Source: an uncultured Methylomirabilota bacterium (GTDB taxonomy: Bacteria > Methylomirabilota > Methylomirabilia > Methylomirabilales > 2-02-FULL-66-22). From it: DNA of 64,000 bases. The notes below the pieces were generated by a model, which did no database searches, was not told the DNA's origin, and was given only the letters and a program-made list of their open reading frames with translations. The stretch's first letter is position 1. Each line of letters starts with the position of its first letter. The stretch covers positions 1,600,001 to 1,664,000 of the forward strand of contig CAWJSJ010000002.1 in NCBI GenBank assembly GCA_963845565.1, read 5' to 3'. The position numbers and the translations under genes were made by a program. Positions 42,365 to 50,671 of this stretch are shown here, one piece after another.

Positions 42365-42727
42365 CTAGAATTGACCGGTGGCAAGCAGCACGAGGGTGCA
42401 TGCCTCGACTGTCGCGATGCCGTGTCGCGTGAGGACGTCCGCGGCCTCGGGATTCTCGGCGCCGGGGTTGAAGATCACCCGGTGTGGCCGGACGGCGAGG
42501 ATGTCTTGCACGACGGGCGCCTGTTTTTCGGGGGATAGATAAACGGTGACGGTATCAATGGGAACCGGCACGGCGGTAAGCGAGGCGTATCCCGTGAGGC
42601 CCAGGATGTCCGTGCCCGACCGGGAGATGGGAATCGGCGCGAAGCCGTGGGACAGGAGCATCCGAAGAGCGCGATGGGCGTAGCGTTCCGGTTTGGCGCT
42701 GGCCCCGACGACGGCGACGGTCTTCAT
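42365..42727 (-). CDS. CoA-binding protein (YccU-like)
   Basis: VAVVGASAKPERY, IDTVTVY, VIFNPGAEN, EACTLV. Confidence 0.88.
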   Translation of the reverse strand: MKTVAVVGASAKPERYAHRALRMLLSHGFAPIPISRSGTDILGLTGYASLTAVPVPIDTVTVYLSPEKQAPVVQDILAVRPHRVIFNPGAENPEAADVLTRHGIATVEACTLVLLATGQF

Positions 42728-42767
42728 CGCGGGTCGCGCGACTCGGGCGCCACCGGGGCGGCGAGCG

Positions 42768-42986
42768 TCATGGGTAAGGTAGCGAGTCGTGGGCCCGCGT
42801 CGGCGACGAATCCTTGAAGAAGGTCTGCCCGGGCAGCCGGCCGCACAGGATGAGACCCGCGACGATCACCGCGAGCGTCGCCGCGCCACCGAGCACCAGA
42901 GAGAACCCGCGGACCGCGATACCCCCGAGCGCGATCACACCGACAAGCAGCGCCGCGACCATCACCGCCCACCGCACCCGCCCCAT
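42768..42986 (-). CDS. Small two-TM membrane protein
   Basis: GGAGGAG RBS and two hydrophobic segments. Confidence 0.55.
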   Translation of the reverse strand: MGRVRWAVMVAALLVGVIALGGIAVRGFSLVLGGAATLAVIVAGLILCGRLPGQTFFKDSSPTRAHDSLPYP

Positions 42987-43134
42987 GGTCACTCCTCCCA
43001 GGGTTGCGCTGCCTGCGTCACCGCCAGATCGGCCAGGGTCCGCAGCCGGGACCGACCAAGGCTACGATACCACCAAACGGCGTCGTCCGGAAGGGGTGTG
43101 CATTCCGACCACCGGGCCGCGGCGGACGACAGGC

Positions 43135-43558
43135 TCACTCGGCGCCCGCCGCGGAACGCCGCTCGCGCTTGGCGGCGCCGCGGTGTTTCTTGGCGTCCAG
43201 GCGCCGCTCTTTCGCGGCCTTGGTCGGCCTGGTGGCGCGTCGCCGCCGGGGCGCTTCCCAGGCCTTGGCGATCCATCCCATCAACCGCTCGACCGCATCG
43301 TCCCGATTGCGCTCCTGCGTGCGAAAGCGTCGTGCCTCGATCATCAGGACGCCGTCATCGGTGAGTCGGTTGGCCGCGAGCCGGAGCAGTCGGTCCCTGA
43401 CCATCGGCGGGCAGCGAGAGGGAGTTCCGGACATCGAAGCGGAGCCGCACTGCCGTGGAAACCTTGTTGACGTTCTGCCCGCCCGGCCCGGACGACCGGA
43501 AGAACTCAAAGTGGAGCTCGTTCGCCGGGATATGGGGGAGCGGTCCTGAAGGACTCAT
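43135..43558 (-). CDS. arfB: Alternative ribosome-rescue peptidyl-tRNA hydrolase ArfB, frameshifted near 43401
   Basis: [17 protein letters not shown] in one frame; RTQERNR and the basic tail [15 protein letters not shown] in the next. Confidence 0.85.
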
Positions 43559-43592
43559 GCTGGAGTTCCTGGGGAAGGGAGCATGGCATTCT

Positions 43593-43625
43593 GCCGAACG
43601 GGGCGCCTGGGAAGGCTTGTTACAC
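43593..43625 (-). mobile_element. Truncated attC site
   Basis: GTGTAAC (overlapping the HEPN stop)-19 nt-GTTCGGC; central L boxes missing. Confidence 0.55.
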
Positions 43626-43982
43626 CGCCCCGCCTTCAGCCTCGATGCCCCTCATCAGAGCCGAGCATTCATCTCGCAGCACGGGGACGTCGCGGTCTGC
43701 TATCGCCCACACCAGGGCGTCGTCAACGGTCGGATACTCGTGCGTGAGCTGGTTACGGAAGGCGACGATGCGTCGAGCGCGCGTGATGGCGACGAAGGCA
43801 TCGGGCGCGACACGCGACAGCGCTGAGACGGCTTCGCCGATGATGATGAACTCGCGCTCCACCGACGAGCGCACCAGCCGGTTGCGCTTGTACTCGTCCA
43901 GGTCCAGACCGAGAAGCGCCACGGTGATCGCATCGCATGACTCGATCACGTCGGAGAGATAGGCGAGCGCGTCACGCGGCAT
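43620..43982 (-). CDS. HEPN (DUF86/HepT-like) ribonuclease toxin
   Basis: [11 protein letters not shown] and the RX4H motif FRNQLTHEY. Confidence 0.9.
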   Translation of the reverse strand: MPRDALAYLSDVIESCDAITVALLGLDLDEYKRNRLVRSSVEREFIIIGEAVSALSRVAPDAFVAITRARRIVAFRNQLTHEYPTVDDALVWAIADRDVPVLRDECSALMRGIEAEGGAV

Positions 43983-44280
43983 AGAGCGCCTGTTTCGTCC
44001 GTTCGATGTCGGCTGCGATGTAGCGGTTCTTGACCGCGTCCACCATCACGAGGTCAACCTCCGTGCCGAGGATGCCTCTGAACTCATCGAGCAGGTCGAA
44101 GTAGGCGTCGACACGAGCGTAGACGTCCATCGGGCCGAACTCGACCAAAAGGTCGACGTCGCTGTCGCCCGGGCGGAAATCCCCACGGACCGCGGATCCG
44201 AACGCGTCGAGGCGCAGCACCCCGTGGCGCGCGCATGCCGCTGCGATCTGTTCCCGCTTGCCCTCGAGGATTCCGACCAC
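43972..44280 (-). CDS. MNT minimal nucleotidyltransferase antitoxin
   Basis: FGSAVRGDFRPGDSDVDLLVEF; overlaps the HEPN gene. Confidence 0.9.
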   Translation of the reverse strand: MVGILEGKREQIAAACARHGVLRLDAFGSAVRGDFRPGDSDVDLLVEFGPMDVYARVDAYFDLLDEFRGILGTEVDLVMVDAVKNRYIAADIERTKQALYAA

Positions 44281-44355
44281 GACGCACCTCCCATCTCATC
44301 GTACCCGCGTCAGGCACGACACGTCAAGACGACCGTCGGCACTCGCATGCCTGAA

Positions 44356-44416
44356 GACGAACGGAGCGGCGGCTCAGCCGCACCCCGCCGCGGGAGTCGC
44401 CAGAACTGGGTTCGCT
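44356..44416 (-). mobile_element. Degenerate attC site
   Basis: AGCGAAC...GCGGCTGAGCCGCCGCTCC-GTTCGTC; right half attC-like, left half decayed. Confidence 0.45.
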
Positions 44417-44470
44417 CTTCGAGGCCGCATCAGCGGGCCAGATCTCCCAAGCGACCTGCGTGCCGAGCCC

Positions 44471-44531
44471 GCGCAACGCCCCGGTTCAGCGGCGGGGCGT
44501 CAGACTCGTCCGCTGCAACCGGTTGTTGGGC
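44471..44531 (-). mobile_element. attC site
   Basis: GCCCAAC AACCGG TTGCAGCGG...CCGCTGAA CCGGGGC GTTGCGC. Confidence 0.85.
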
Positions 44532-44571
44532 CGCTCATTGAGCGCTGCCACGCATGCGCGCCGCTGGCGAG

Positions 44572-46111
44572 TTACCGCTGAAGCTCGATCTCGCCAGGCT
44601 GCCAGGTCTTGTCGAACCACGGTTCGAGCGGACCGTAGAGGCGCAGGATCATGAACCACCCTTTGCCGGGAATCGTCTGCACCCAGTTGTTCTCAAGCCC
44701 TTTCGGCGGGCGCGGGCCAAAATAGACATCCACTGACCCGTCTGCGTTCGTCTTCAGCGCTTTGCTCTGGCTGCTTACGCCCGGGGACTTCTGATCCGTC
44801 TGGACCATCGAGCGCGTCTGGTTGTCATACACGATGACCGACCAGAAATCCTTCACCGGTACGTTGGGCGGCAGGCGCATCTTGTAGGTCCTTCCGCCGT
44901 CGAACGGGTTGCCCTTCGAGTCCTGAACTGCCCATGGATACTGCGACCCCCTGCCGACCATCTTCATCTCCATGGCAGGAGTAACGCCGGTGGCAAAGTA
45001 GTAGTAGAAGATGTAGCCGTCCATGTTCGTCACGCCGGGCGCGCTCTCGAACTTATAGCCGCCAAAGAACGGCAGGCGCCACGCGCTGTTCGGGAAGAAG
45101 TAGGCGTCTTTCGAGCGCACCTTGAAGGCGATGGTGCGCGCCGTGACGGCGCCGATGTTTGCCGCATCCGTGAGGATCTTCTTCATCCGTTGGTCGGGCG
45201 AGAAAGGTTGCCCTTTGACAATGCCGATGGAGGCAAAGAGGCCAAGCGTCGTCGGATCGCTTCCTTCCGAGGGCTCTTCCTGGATAACGTCGTTCAAGAG
45301 CTCCCAGAACGCGTAGTCGCCGGGTGCGACAAAGTTCGCGGGAACGCCCGAGGCATTGATGAACTTGACCGATGGAGGATTCGCGGCCTCCGAAAGCTGA
45401 TAGATCTTCAGGTGCGTCTTTACCGACTCGACGCCGGGCTTCGTGGAGCCATCGACGAGGAAGGCGCGAAAGAAAAGCCAGTTGCCGAACGTGCTCGGCC
45501 GCAGGACCACATAACCCGCCGGGACCTCGCCCTTGTAGCCGGGCGGTAGAACGAGGTACTTGCCGCCTTTGCCCCGATCCTCGCCGGTAATGCCCACATC
45601 GGCGACCCAGCGATACCAGAAATCGTTCACGCCGCCCAGGACCTCGGGCGGAATCTCCACGACCAGCGGACCTTTCTTCGTGTCGAGCCAGATGAAGTTG
45701 TAGATGGTGTTGTCGTTCGCCGTGAGCTCCACCGTCCGAGCATCGACGAGGTCTTCCCAGATGACATCGGTCTGGTTGTCCGGCCCGAACTTGCGGAGCG
45801 AGTCGCGCATGCCGGCCTGATTCACGATCGGGATCGCCATGAGGTAAGCCTGCAGGGCGCGCGAACGATCAAGATTGTCGTAGATTTTCCTGACGGTGTC
45901 TGCCTTGGGATAGCCGTGGCTCAGATTCAGGGTGCCGATGGAGCTTTCGATCTTGTCCGGCACGGCGACCCCCGGGGCGATGGGCGTCGAGAACTTGAAC
46001 TGAGGATTCGCCGGCGCTCGAACAGGCGCCTGCGCGAAGGTCCCACTTGGGGCGAATAGACCGCATGGCAGCCACCGCCGCCCAGATGTAAATCCGACTC
46101 GTTGCCTGCAC
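44572..46111 (-). CDS. DUF1254/DUF1214 exported protein in an integron cassette, frameshift near 46065
   Basis: LTANDNTIY, GKGGKYLVLPPGY, PVKDFWSVIVYDNQTRS, ILRLYGPLEPWFDKTW; signal peptide from GTG 46111 (AAGGAG RBS) lies in another frame. Confidence 0.8.
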
Positions 46112-46177
46112 GTTCTTTCTCCTTTCGTGGTGTGAATTCGGAATTACTTCCTGTGCTTCCGCGTTCCGATTGGTGCG

Positions 46178-46241
46178 ACCCAACGGGGCCCGCGGCTGAG
46201 CGGCGGGCCACAGGCCCGCCCGTTCCAGCCGCGTGTTCGGC
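46178..46241 (-). mobile_element. attC site
   Basis: GCCGAAC ACGCGG CTGGAACGG...CGCTCAG CCGCGGGCCCC GTTGGGT. Confidence 0.75.
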
Positions 46242-46306
46242 CGCCGCAGGCGAACGAACAGGTGGCGCTCAGCCGCGGGCCCCGTTCGGACGACCGTCCG
46301 CGGTCG

Positions 46307-46470
46307 GCCGAACAATGATTAGACCGATCCGCATAAGATGCGGAGGGCCGGGTTCCTGTCCGCATAAGACGCCATGAGATCTGTTGGCGACGACGCCTTA
46401 ATCCGTTTGTTTTCAATTGCATACTGCTTGTCCAGCGATTTAACACGGCATCTTAGGCGGATCGGCATAA
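46307..46470 (-). mobile_element. Putative attI region downstream of the intI 3' end
   Basis: GTCTAAT-CATT-GTTCGGC core at 46307-46324; repeated CCGATCCGCATAAGA-type motifs at 46324, 46359 and inverted at 46448. Confidence 0.55.
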
Positions 46471-46484
46471 CATCCTCGATTCGT

Positions 46485-47675
46485 TCACAGTCCGTCCACC
46501 GGACTGCGAACACCGGCCGGCCCACGATTGAGAACATGAGTATAGATCATTGTGGTCTTGACGTCACTGTGGCCCAGGAGTTCTTGTACCGTTCGAATAT
46601 CGTAGCCGCCCTCGAGCAGGTGCGTGGCGAAGGAATGCCGGAAGGTGTGGCAGGTGGCCCGCTTCGTCAGTCCCGCTTGCGCAACGGCATCGCGGACGGC
46701 TTTCTGAACCAGGGATTCGTCGACGTGATGCCGGCCTTGCTCCGTGGTCGTGGGATTGATCCACCGGTGGTCTTGGGGAAAGACCCACTGCCAGCGCCAG
46801 TCCTTCGGCGCATTCGGGTACTTGCGATCCAGCGCCGTCGGCATCTGCACTCGGCCCCACCCCTCGGCCACATCCCGTTCGTGGATTGCCTTGACCTGCT
46901 TGAGGTGCGCCTGAAGCAGGATCGTGAGCGACGCGGGCAGCATGGTGATCCGGTCTTTAGCGCCCTTGCCGTCGCGGACGAGAATCTCGTGGCGGGAGAA
47001 ATCGATGTCCTGCACCCGCAGCCGCAGGCATTCCATCAGGCGCAACCCTGCGCCGTACATGAGGGAGGCCATGAGCCGCTTATCGCCGGTCATGCTCGCC
47101 AGCACGGCCTTCACTTCCTCGCGGGTCATCACGACGGGCAGGCGCGTCGGCTTGCGCGCGCGGATGACTTTGCCCAGATCGCCCAGGTTGCGCCTGATCA
47201 CGTGGCGATAGAGAAACAGCAGCGCCGACAGCGCCTGGTTCTGGGTCGAGGCGCTGACCTTCTCCTTGACGGCCAGGTGTGTCAAGAAGGCGTTGATCTC
47301 GGGCTCGGCCATTTCGCCGGGGTGGCGCACGTTGTGGAAGAAGATGAAGCGCTTGACCCAGTGGCAATAGGCCTGCTCGGTCCGTCGGCTGTAATGGCGA
47401 GCGTGCAGGGCCTCGCCCAGGCGGTCTAGCAGCTTGGGGTGTCGGCCCGCGGGATGGAGGGTGTCGGAACCAGACGGATGGCCAGGGAGGGAAACAGGGA
47501 CCGGGTTGCGGTTTGGGATTGTCCCATGGGAAAGCGGGGCGGCGCCTGTCGATTCCGGGAGCGTTGCTGGCGGCGGGAGTGTGCCGGCCGGGCGGCTCGC
47601 ACGATTCGGCGGGAACGGACGCGTCGGCTCCGAGGCGCGATTTGTGGCGGGGAAATCACTGTGGGTCGAGCCCAT
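46485..47675 (-). CDS. intI: Integron integrase
   Basis: [36 protein letters not shown], IntI patch [40 protein letters not shown]; start uncertain. Confidence 0.95.
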   Translation of the reverse strand: MGSTHSDFPATNRASEPTRPFPPNRASRPAGTLPPPATLPESTGAAPLSHGTIPNRNPVPVSLPGHPSGSDTLHPAGRHPKLLDRLGEALHARHYSRRTEQAYCHWVKRFIFFHNVRHPGEMAEPEINAFLTHLAVKEKVSASTQNQALSALLFLYRHVIRRNLGDLGKVIRARKPTRLPVVMTREEVKAVLASMTGDKRLMASLMYGAGLRLMECLRLRVQDIDFSRHEILVRDGKGAKDRITMLPASLTILLQAHLKQVKAIHERDVAEGWGRVQMPTALDRKYPNAPKDWRWQWVFPQDHRWINPTTTEQGRHHVDESLVQKAVRDAVAQAGLTKRATCHTFRHSFATHLLEGGYDIRTVQELLGHSDVKTTMIYTHVLNRGPAGVRSPVDGL

Positions 47676-47722
47676 CCGCCCACCTCCGTCGCCCGTTCCA
47701 AGATGCTGAGTACCGCCGCAAG

Positions 47723-48160
47723 CTATTGCAGGTTTTCCAAATCCGCCAAGTCCTGGTGCCGACCGGACGCTTGTTTGTTCTTCTTGAGGTTGTCCAGGTC
47801 GATGAAGTTCACGCGCACTCCATCAACTTCGACCTCGATCCGCGAGGCGTAGCAGCTTGCGAAGTCAACACCGGGAAGGGTGGTCAGTATGTCTATGCGA
47901 CTTGGCGGATATCCCAGCTGGATGATCTGATCGGCCACAAGAAAATCCGACGCCAGCAGCCCGAGGGATCCGAATCCGAATTGATCGAGCGCCTTGACGA
48001 CGCTGGCGGCATTGTCCGGCTCTAGAGCGACCCAGACCTCCATGTCCTTGGTGTAGCGGGGATGGCCATGGAGCGCAACGGCATACCCGCCGACGACCAG
48101 GTACAGAACGCGGTTATCGTTGAACGATTGAATAAACTCTCTGAAGTCCGGGTTCAGCAC
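47723..48160 (-). CDS. Nucleotidyltransferase-fold protein
   Basis: [36 protein letters not shown]. Confidence 0.8.
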   Translation of the reverse strand: MLNPDFREFIQSFNDNRVLYLVVGGYAVALHGHPRYTKDMEVWVALEPDNAASVVKALDQFGFGSLGLLASDFLVADQIIQLGYPPSRIDILTTLPGVDFASCYASRIEVEVDGVRVNFIDLDNLKKNKQASGRHQDLADLENLQ

Positions 48161-48323
48161 CGTACCTCCAGCGATGGTATTCTTGCCGAATCTCCTCCAA
48201 TGCAGCCAACCGTACATGATAGGGCTGGGTCCGCCAGTAGGCGAGGTCGCTGCTGTGCTCGCGAAGGCCGACCTTCGCGTACACCTTCTCGATACGCCGA
48301 GTCTTCTCCATGTCCGATTTCAT
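48114..48323 (-). CDS. Small partner protein of the nucleotidyltransferase
   Basis: SDLAYWRTQPYHVRLAALEEIR; overlaps the NTase start. Confidence 0.65.
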   Translation of the reverse strand: MKSDMEKTRRIEKVYAKVGLREHSSDLAYWRTQPYHVRLAALEEIRQEYHRWRYGAEPGLQRVYSIVQR

Positions 48324-48410
48324 CACCCGTCCGCGTGCGGCCCCTGATCTGTGCACATCGTCTCACTCAGCGGCGCGAAATGATCTCTGCTTGCACCTCT
48401 CCATGCCGGT

Positions 48411-49079
48411 TCACAACTTCCGCAAGATGCCGACGACCTTCCCGACGATCTGGAAGCTCTTCTCGTTCTTCTTCACCTGGATCGGCGCCATGGCAGGGTT
48501 TTCCGGCTGAAGGACGATGCCGTCCGGGCGGAAGAGGATGCGCTTGATGGTGGCCTCGTCGTTCAGCAGGGCGACGACGATGTCGCCGGTCTCGGCGGTG
48601 GACTGCCGACGGACGAGGGCCTGGTCGCCGGGGCAGATGTGGGCGCCGATCATGCTGTCGCCCTGCACCTTCAAGAGGAATGCCTCGTCACCGTTCACCC
48701 AGTCCTGCGGGACCACGGAGGTCCCTTCGAGGTTCTGGTCCGACAGCAGGGGTTGGCCGGCGGCGACGCGGCCCAGGATAGGGAGTTCGCGGTACGACGG
48801 TGAGCCGAGAGCCGAGAGCCGAGAGCCGAGAGCCGAGCGCGGAGACTCGGGGCCTACAATGGGTGCGGGATCGAGGATCTGGAGCGAGCGCGACTTGGAT
48901 GCGGTGCGCCGCAGGTAACCCTTGCGCTCCAGCGCCTTGAGGTGGTCGAAGATGCTCCGTGGCACGAAGCCGAAATGCGCGCCGATCTCCCGCACGGTGG
49001 GCGGGTAGCCGGCCTTCGCCAGGAACTGCCGGATGAACTCCAGGACCTCGCCTTGCCGGGCCGTGAGCGGTGGGAGCAT
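48411..49079 (-). CDS. lexA: LexA SOS repressor
   Basis: LTARQGEVLEFI..GYPPTVREIG, cleavage site VAAG, catalytic GDSM and EATIK. Confidence 0.95.
   Translation of the reverse strand: MLPPLTARQGEVLEFIRQFLAKAGYPPTVREIGAHFGFVPRSIFDHLKALERKGYLRRTASKSRSLQILDPAPIVGPESPRSALGSRLSALGSPSYRELPILGRVAAGQPLLSDQNLEGTSVVPQDWVNGDEAFLLKVQGDSMIGAHICPGDQALVRRQSTAETGDIVVALLNDEATIKRILFRPDGIVLQPENPAMAPIQVKKNEKSFQIVGKVVGILRKL
48802..48836. repeat. (GAGCCGA)5 tandem repeat inside the lexA linker
   Basis: Five perfect 7-mers encoding most of SALGSRLSALGS. Confidence 0.9.
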
Positions 49080-49107
49080 GGACTGTCTCCTAATGAGAAT
49101 CACATTT

Positions 49108-49125
49108 ACCATACGGGTGTATGGT
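49108..49125. promoter_or_regulatory. Candidate LexA operator
   Basis: ACCATAC-GGGT-GTATGGT between a minus-strand TTGACC and GTAAAT. Confidence 0.55.
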
Positions 49126-49161
49126 CGGTCAAGGAGTTTGCGCGGGAGGAGAGAGGAATAG

Positions 49162-49345
49162 CTGGCAGCGGGGCAGTTGGCAGTTGGCAGAGGACTGACC
49201 AGGGACAGGGAAAAACAGCAGGCAGGTGGCAGCGGGCAGCTGGCAGAGAACAAAGAACAGCGGGCAGCGAACGAGGAGCGGCTGGACGCGGGCGGCGGCG
49301 CAAAGGGCAAACACCGAACGCTATGCGCCACGCGCCACGCGCTTA
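49162..49345. repeat. Degenerate 7-bp repeat tracts (GGCAGNN; CGCCACG)
   Basis: GGCAGCG GGGCAGTT GGCAGTT GGCAGAG...; GCGCCAC GCGCCAC. Confidence 0.55.
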
Positions 49346-49424
49346 GCGCAGAACGCCGAACCCTATGCTCCATGCGCACAACGTCGTGCGCTGACTGCTG
49401 ATCGCAGACCGCTGTCCCATGGAA

Positions 49425-49585
49425 CTGAAACGTTTCAGATTTCGCTTGACACCGACAAGGCGTCTTGACTATGTTCTCGGCACCCTGTGGGAGACCATCT
49501 CCAGGGTGCCCGCCGCGGTCCTCCAGCGTTCTCCGGTGCACGGCCGACCGGGGCGGATGTTGTCCGCGGGATTGAAACGTTTCAA
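49425..49585 (+). promoter_or_regulatory. Two LacI-type operators flanking a sigma70 promoter
   Basis: CTGAAACGTTTCAG (49425) and TTGAAACGTTTCAA (49572); TTGACA-N18-TATGTT at 49446-49475. Confidence 0.8.
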
Positions 49586-49603
49586 GGTGAGGAGCGGGCG
49601 CGG

Positions 49604-50671
49604 GTGGTCACGATCAAGGACGTCGCGCGGGAGGCTGGGGTGTCGGTCGGCACCGCCTCGCAGGCGCTGCGGGAAAGCCCCGCGGTCCGGGACGCGACGC
49701 GACGCCGGGTCCAGGTGGTCGCCAAGCGCCTCCGCTACCAACCCAGCGCCCTGGCCCGGGGCCTGGTGACCCGCCGCACCCACACCGTCGGCCTGCTCAT
49801 CTCCGACATTGCCAACCCGTTCTTCATCCGGGCGGTCCGCGCCATCGAAGACGTGGCGCAGGGGAACGGCTACAACGTCATCCTGTGCAACACCGACGAG
49901 GACGCGGCCAAGGAAACCCAGTATCTCCGGGTCCTCATGGAGAAGCGGGTGGACGGGATCATCCTGGCCACCACGGCCGGCAGCCGCCAGATGGTGCGGG
50001 ATGTCCGCTGGCGGCGGATTCCGCTGGTCCTCTTCGACCGCGAGCTTCCCGGCGTTGCCACCGATCTCGTCAAGGTGGACGGGGTGACCGGCGGACGCCT
50101 GGCCACCGAGCACCTCCTCCACCTCGGCCACCACCGGATCGCCATCATCCATGGCCCGGTGGTGCGATCCACCGGCGCGGAGCGTCTCCAGGGGTACCTG
50201 GATGCGCTGCGGGCCGCCGGGCTGCAACCCGACCCGGCCCTGATCCGGGAAGGCAACTTCAAGCAGGACAGTGGGCGGGAATTGGCCCGGCAACTGCTGG
50301 AGGTGTCCCCGCCGCCTACGGCGCTGTTTTGCACCAACAACCTGATGACGGTCGGCGCGCTGCAGACCCTGGGAGAGCGGGGGGTCCGGATGCCGGCGGA
50401 CCTATCCTTGATCGGCTATGACGACATGGAGTGGTGGACGCTGACCCATCCGCCGCTCACGACCGTGGGGCAGCCGGTGTACGAGCTGGGACGCGAAGCG
50501 ATGCGCCTCCTGCTCGCCCAGATCGAGGCGCCCGGCCGCCGGCGCCCGCAGCGGGTGGTGCTGAAGCCGGAGCTCCTCACCCGCGCCTCGTGCGGCCCGC
50601 CCCGCGCATCCACTTCCAACGCGCCGCGCCGGGGCTCCGGCCTCCCGCGGCAGACGAGGGCATCCCGATGA
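49604..50671 (+). CDS. LacI-family transcriptional regulator
   Basis: TIKDVAREAGVSVGTAS, PTALFCTNN, IGYDD, LTTVGQP. Confidence 0.95.
   Translation: MVTIKDVAREAGVSVGTASQALRESPAVRDATRRRVQVVAKRLRYQPSALARGLVTRRTHTVGLLISDIANPFFIRAVRAIEDVAQGNGYNVILCNTDEDAAKETQYLRVLMEKRVDGIILATTAGSRQMVRDVRWRRIPLVLFDRELPGVATDLVKVDGVTGGRLATEHLLHLGHHRIAIIHGPVVRSTGAERLQGYLDALRAAGLQPDPALIREGNFKQDSGRELARQLLEVSPPPTALFCTNNLMTVGALQTLGERGVRMPADLSLIGYDDMEWWTLTHPPLTTVGQPVYELGREAMRLLLAQIEAPGRRRPQRVVLKPELLTRASCGPPRASTSNAPRRGSGLPRQTRASR

Noticed and set aside
46374..47429. 351-aa ORF antisense to intI
   Set aside because: Opposite-strand shadow of the integrase with no independent motifs.
48411..49541. 376-aa extended LexA
   Set aside because: The extension reads through heptamer repeats; the ATG at 49079 has a GGAG RBS and gives a normal N-terminus.
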